A stretch of 63,087 nt of DNA, filler included, from Craspedostauros australis (lineage: Eukaryota), in assembly GCA_030167865.1 (NCBI GenBank). It is 9 parts of 9 records of this genome, joined end to end, with 100 filler letters (N's around TTAATTAATTAA, not from the genome) between each part and the next. Parts side by side here need not be neighbours in the genome. Positions count along the whole stretch, not along the records: positions 57,626 to 63,087 come from JALAGF010003433.1; 8 more parts are not named here. One strand, given 5' to 3'. Position numbers and translations under genes: made by a program. Of this stretch, positions 58,378 through 63,087 are shown one piece after another. The stretch's first letter is position 1; the number at the start of each line of letters is the position of its first letter. A model generated the notes under the pieces. That model was given only the letters and a program-made list of their open reading frames with translations. It was not told where the DNA came from and did no database searches.

Positions 58378-61300
58378 ATGAAGATGGTGATTGTCAATCC
58401 GTACGCCAAGAAGCATCGGCAGGGCATCGCGTGCTCATCATCCGCTGGTTTCAAGGCACGCAATGCATCCAAAGCAGGTGTTGTATCGAAGGCTTCGATG
58501 CGCAAGCCCTTGTCATCACCACCAGCAACAGCAACAGCAACAACATCATCCATCAGCCGCTCGCATCCTCCCAGTGTCACACCTCCGCATACAATTGCAA
58601 GCACAAGCACAAGCACAAACACATTTACACAGGAGAAGACTGCGAGTTCCACGAACAACAGCAGCCTATCCGCGAAGGCCAGCAGCAAGGCCAACACCAA
58701 GACCAGCAGCAACCAACCATCTGCCAGAAAGCGTCTCATGATGGTCGAACAAGCGCGCCGATCTTCCGTTCTGGCAAACAAGAAGGGGTCGCAGACGAAG
58801 GTCTCCCTGAAGCGTTCATTGAAGCAACAGATCGCAGAGCTCAAGCGACAGCAGCAGATGAAGAAGCTCGAAAAAGAGAGGCAGAAACAGCAGCTGATTC
58901 AACGAAAGGCTCAGCAGAAGGTTGCTCAGGAGCAGTTGAAGCAACGGCAACTTGTGAAGCAGAAGCGACAGCTCGAGCTGCAGCAAGCGCGCATGCAGCA
59001 TGAACGCGACCAGCTTGAGAAACGGAAGTTGCAGGAGCAGCGCAAGCAGCAAAAGGAGAATGAACGGATAGAGAAGGATCGTCAGCGTTTGGCCAAGCTG
59101 CAACAGAAGGAGCGGCAGCAACGGTTGTCGCAACCATCATCACATTCTCAACAGTCATCACAATCATATTCACGGCATGGACAGGCAGTTCAACTTACAA
59201 AAGCTGGTATCAGCTGTATTCAATTGAATGAGGCGAATCCAACTGCTCTAAGACACGCTGCTTCGATCAACGGCGCTGCAATGCAAACGCAACTATTGCA
59301 GCCACAACACCAGGCGCAAACAGCACCCACAACAGCAACAACAGCAACAACAGCAACAACAGCAACAACAACAACAACGCGGGTCGACAGCGCCGGGATA
59401 CAAATCAATCGATCATCGGCGCATCCATCCACAGCACCAATGTCGCCTGCAGAAGTATCAGCCAACGACGGCACTTCCTTCCACCTGGTGCAAGCGTTGT
59501 CGCCGATGCAGTCACAGTCACCGATGTCGTTGTCACCGCTTCCGTCTTCCATCTCGCCTATCACGAAGTCCATCTTCGACGAGGTCAAACATCAAGGGTA
59601 CGCCAACAACACCAACAACAACTGGACCCTGCTTCCCAACACATCTGAAAATGCGCTCATTCCCATCGCTGGAAGCGGCAACCAACATGCAATCGACGCG
59701 ATGACGTCGGCGGCTACTTACCAGCAACAGCAGCAGCAGGGACAGCAGCAGATGAATGCACATCCCACCACGCTGGCTGCACGGATCTCAAATTTCTCTT
59801 TCATGCAACTCAACCAGCATCCCCAGAATCAGTACAACCAGCCATGGAGCAACATTCAGCCTTTCCACAATCCAATTGGACAGTCATTCAATCCGCAAGC
59901 GATAGGCATGATACATCCCACGAACCAGCCACTGTACTCTTTCCAACACAGTCGGCAAACCGCATATGATTGCACTGACCATGCTCCAATCCAGCAGACT
60001 CAATTCGCTTCGCATCTTGGCCAGAATCCCTCAGCTGGTGCAGTCCACCAACAGGCAACAGCACCACCACACCCAATTGTCCAGGCCGGAACGATGAACT
60101 TCCAACATCAACAAACCCCGATGTCCCAGCCATTCATCCCTCACATCAATCATCACAAGGTTGCACCACTTCAACATACCCAGCTTCAGCACGTTCCGGT
60201 CTCCAACAATGCGAACCACGTACATGTACCGATTGTGCCACATGCTTCTCCCCTTCCAATTGCGGCGCAGATTCCAACACAGCGCAAACCGAAGCCACGG
60301 CCAAGTATCTCTGCATCTGACAAGTTCCGATCTGTCCTCTGCACCAATCCGCACCTGCCTCCATCACCGTTCGCCACAATGCATCAGCTGCTGCCGTTCA
60401 CGATCAAGATCGTCAAACCGGCATCGGGAAATGAGGGGTTCGGTGTCAACATCAAGCATGAGCAGCAATCGGCGCTCGTCGATCCCTCGTGGTTGGATGA
60501 GCAGGTGGGCATGAATGTTCAATCATCAACGCTCGTGACAGCACCAGCGGTGGCACCAACGTCAGTCTCCGCTGCGACACCGAAGCGCAACATTCGTCGC
60601 CGGCGGGTCTTCTTCGGCGTAATGATGGTGGTCCACACCGGCACACAAAACACCCGACATCCTGCAACCGTCCACAAAGACGCACTTCTTCAACCGAATG
60701 ACATCATCCTGTCCGTCGATGGTCAAAACGTCGCCGGAAGAAGGTTCGCCGATGCCATCGGTTTGTTCAAGCATTGCAAGGCTGCTGAAGGAAGTCAGGT
60801 GATCGAGGCGACGTTGACGATCGCACGTCAAGTGCGGCCAAGACCAGTCACGACGGCACGGTCAACACCGAAACCGACCGCAGCATCATTATCCTCGTCA
60901 ACGCCATCGTCCAACCTCGCACCCGCCAAGACGGTCCCGTCCGTGCCACAAGCCACGCAGCAAACCACACTCATTCCCTCTGCGCTGCAACCGGTTGCTG
61001 CAATCAAAGCACCCACGAAGGTGTATCAGACTGGTGACTTTTCAGCACTGGAACGGGCGCTGGTGGCAACGTGCATGATGCAAGCACTGTCCGACAGCAG
61101 CCGATTGCTGGGCCATGTGGTTGACGATGAATCCCTCAATACGATCGTTAACAGATGCGGAATGCTGAATCGCCATCCCACGTCCGTCAAGGAAACTTGG
61201 TCAAAATGGGCCGCTGGGGTGAGATTAACTTTGCGGCAAAGTGCAACCAAGCACTGGTCGAATCAGTCTCATGGTACGAGCATTCCTGGCAAACAGAATC

Positions 61301-63087
61301 AATCGGCAATGTCAATAAAAACGTCAACAGCAACGCTGGGACCACTCGATGCATCCGCGTCGCAGACCAGCAGGGACAGCAGCAATAGCAGCAGCGTCAG
61401 CGCAGCGGCTATCATTTCCCAAAGCGCCAATGGGGTCGCTGCATTTTCCGAAGCCAGACGACACGAGCTACGCAACAAACCGCAACCCAGCAAGGGTTGT
61501 CGATGTGGTCGGCTTGATCACAGCTACGTCCATGATGAGAGATGCATGCTGTACGACAATCTGAAGAAGCGCATCTCCAAGGAGGAACTGATGGACATCT
61601 TCAACATCCCTCATGCAGCCAGCAAATCCAAGCTCACCAAGGCCGAAGTGAAGAGCCTTGGTGCTGTTGGAACGGCGTACAAGGAACGGTTCGATCGATT
61701 GATGCGAACGAAGGCCCTGCAAGAGCAGGAAGCCAGGTTCGTTGCGCGCATGGAGGAGATCCAGGTCAAGGAATGTCGCATGGCAGTGTTCGCACCAACG
61801 TTGTCGTCGATGTTGCTGTCCGCGATGCTGGATCTGCAACGTGAATTCCCGGTGGATGAAGACGATCTGAAGACAATGCCGCAGGGTCCTGCCGGCGAGG
61901 TGGATGGTTTGAACGATGGCATTGGTGACGGTGCGGGTCAAGCTGGTGTGCATGGCGATGAAAGAGAGAAGATAGTCGACAACGGGAAGACCACGAATGG
62001 ATCCAACAAAGGTATTGATGATGACGAGGACGGTGATGATGAGGTGGAGGAGGAGGATGTGCCGCTGTTGGCGCTTGGGAAAAGGAAGCTCGCCGGTGAT
62101 CACACGAACAACGAAAGAAACAACATTGACAACACCAACAACAACAGTTGTGTGGGAAAGGACAATCCGACAAAGAAGCAGAAGGTGGAAAATCCGCAGC
62201 AACAACAGCAGCAGCAACAACAAACGCGACGGCCGCGGATATCGTTGAAGTACATGGTCCGCTTGATCACGTACATCAGCAAGCGATGGGGACACGTGTA
62301 CCGAGAACCTTCCTTCGATGACATTGCGTGGAGATGGGAGCTCTTCCATGCCGAAGCATCTGCTTCGAGTGCGGACGCAACCAGGAGCACGCCGTTGCTC
62401 CGACAACCACAAGGATCGCTCCCCTTTGAAGATCTGCAATTTCATTCATTTGATCGGACAGAGGTGCCCAAGCTGGATGAGTTGAAAGACAAGCTAGAAT
62501 CTCTTTCCTCGTCTGCGAACGGCGCAACTGCAATTGAGCTTGCAATGGTTGACGGGACCGCAATCACAGCATCAAATACATCTGCAAGCAGTACGATCCC
62601 GCAAATGCAAACTCAAGCGCATGCAACAACAGTGCAACATGCAACCACAGCCAATGCAACAGACACACCACCCAGCATCTCGGAAAAGGAGGCACAAGAC
62701 ATGATCTCGATGGCAACAGTGCTGCGGTCAACACAACAACTGCACGATGAATTGATGGCGCTGGTGATGACGCAAGTCGTGCAAGTGACGAGAACGGGCA
62801 TTCCGGTGCTGATGGATGATTGGTACACCAAGATGGACGTGCTGACGTTGGAGGACTACCACGTGAATTGGTCCGCCGGTGCCGATCCCGATGGCAAGTT
62901 CGGCGTCGTCGAGGAGTTCCGCGATGCGTTGGAGGAACATTGGATCCGACATGACTACGGCTGGGCATTGGCAGAGGATGCGAAGGACGTGATCCACGAC
63001 GTGGAGGAGCTGTCGGAATGGCGCAGATCGTACGAAGGTCGGCGCACCTCCAAGGCCGAGCGGGAAGAAGGCATCGGTCGCTTCGGG
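58378..63087 (+). CDS. Large hypothetical protein (>=1570 aa, runs off window): coiled coil, Q/P-rich region, split PDZ domain, CxC-H-C motif
   Basis: The frame starting ATG 58378 (MKMVIVNPYAKK) has no stop to the window end, which explains its absence from the ORF track. PDZ motifs EGFGVNI (60433) and LQPNDIILSVDGQNV (60688); CRCGRLDHSYVHDERC at 61498..61545. Confidence 0.85.
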   Translation, partial: MKMVIVNPYAKKHRQGIACSSSAGFKARNASKAGVVSKASMRKPLSSPPATATATTSSISRSHPPSVTPPHTIASTSTSTNTFTQEKTASSTNNSSLSAKASSKANTKTSSNQPSARKRLMMVEQARRSSVLANKKGSQTKVSLKRSLKQQIAELKRQQQMKKLEKERQKQQLIQRKAQQKVAQEQLKQRQLVKQKRQLELQQARMQHERDQLEKRKLQEQRKQQKENERIEKDRQRLAKLQQKERQQRLSQPSSHSQQSSQSYSRHGQAVQLTKAGISCIQLNEANPTALRHAASINGAAMQTQLLQPQHQAQTAPTTATTATTATTATTTTTRVDSAGIQINRSSAHPSTAPMSPAEVSANDGTSFHLVQALSPMQSQSPMSLSPLPSSISPITKSIFDEVKHQGYANNTNNNWTLLPNTSENALIPIAGSGNQHAIDAMTSAATYQQQQQQGQQQMNAHPTTLAARISNFSFMQLNQHPQNQYNQPWSNIQPFHNPIGQSFNPQAIGMIHPTNQPLYSFQHSRQTAYDCTDHAPIQQTQFASHLGQNPSAGAVHQQATAPPHPIVQAGTMNFQHQQTPMSQPFIPHINHHKVAPLQHTQLQHVPVSNNANHVHVPIVPHASPLPIAAQIPTQRKPKPRPSISASDKFRSVLCTNPHLPPSPFATMHQLLPFTIKIVKPASGNEGFGVNIKHEQQSALVDPSWLDEQVGMNVQSSTLVTAPAVAPTSVSAATPKRNIRRRRVFFGVMMVVHTGTQNTRHPATVHKDALLQPNDIILSVDGQNVAGRRFADAIGLFKHCKAAEGSQVIEATLTIARQVRPRPVTTARSTPKPTAASLSSSTPSSNLAPAKTVPSVPQATQQTTLIPSALQPVAAIKAPTKVYQTGDFSALERALVATCMMQALSDSSRLLGHVVDDESLNTIVNRCGMLNRHPTSVKETWSKWAAGVRLTLRQSATKHWSNQSHGTSIPGKQNQSAMSIKTSTATLGPLDASASQTSRDSSNSSSVSAAAIISQSANGVAAFSEARRHELRNKPQPSKGCRCGRLDHSYVHDERCMLYDNLKKRISKEELMDIFNIPHAASKSKLTKAEVKSLGAVGTAYKERFDRLMRTKALQEQEARFVARMEEIQVKECRMAVFAPTLSSMLLSAMLDLQREFPVDEDDLKTMPQGPAGEVDGLNDGIGDGAGQAGVHGDEREKIVDNGKTTNGSNKGIDDDEDGDDEVEEEDVPLLALGKRKLAGDHTNNERNNIDNTNNNSCVGKDNPTKKQKVENPQQQQQQQQQTRRPRISLKYMVRLITYISKRWGHVYREPSFDDIAWRWELFHAEASASSADATRSTPLLRQPQGSLPFEDLQFHSFDRTEVPKLDELKDKLESLSSSANGATAIELAMVDGTAITASNTSASSTIPQMQTQAHATTVQHATTANATDTPPSISEKEAQDMISMATVLRSTQQLHDELMALVMTQVVQVTRTGIPVLMDDWYTKMDVLTLEDYHVNWSAGADPDGKFGVVEEFRDALEEHWIRHDYGWALAEDAKDVIHDVEELSEWRRSYEGRRTSKAEREEGIGRFG

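Overview
Eukaryotic genomic scaffold, most likely a diatom. The evidence is a bipartite plastid-targeting ASAF-type motif, RXL plus KXXK motifs, short GT-AG introns, an Ambal-like LINE and a CoDi-like copia fragment. It consists of about 10 contigs joined by eight 100-bp N gaps carrying an artificial TTAATTAATTAA linker and one plain N gap. Mobile DNA: (1) a non-LTR retrotransposon ORF (APE-RT-RNase H-Cys motif) broken by two in-frame stops; (2) three appearances of an unclassified >3 kb repeat with a spliced 399-aa gene and a second K/R-rich ORF but no visible transposase, where at least part of the triplication looks like an assembly artefact; (3) a Ty1/copia protease fragment with an in-frame stop. 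Host genes: a silaffin-like (RXL/KXXK) Cys-rich repeat protein, an MFS transporter, a small TM protein, a sulfotransferase, a Patched/NPC1-like SSD protein, a STAND-type NTPase with a helical tail, a DUF1445/D-glutamate-cyclase-like gene, a transglutaminase-like protein, plastid LPA1-like (DUF3493), a USP deubiquitinase, allantoicase and two ankyrin genes. A >1570-aa PDZ-containing ORF missing from the ORF track runs off the right edge. All family calls are from motif recognition only; no searches were run.
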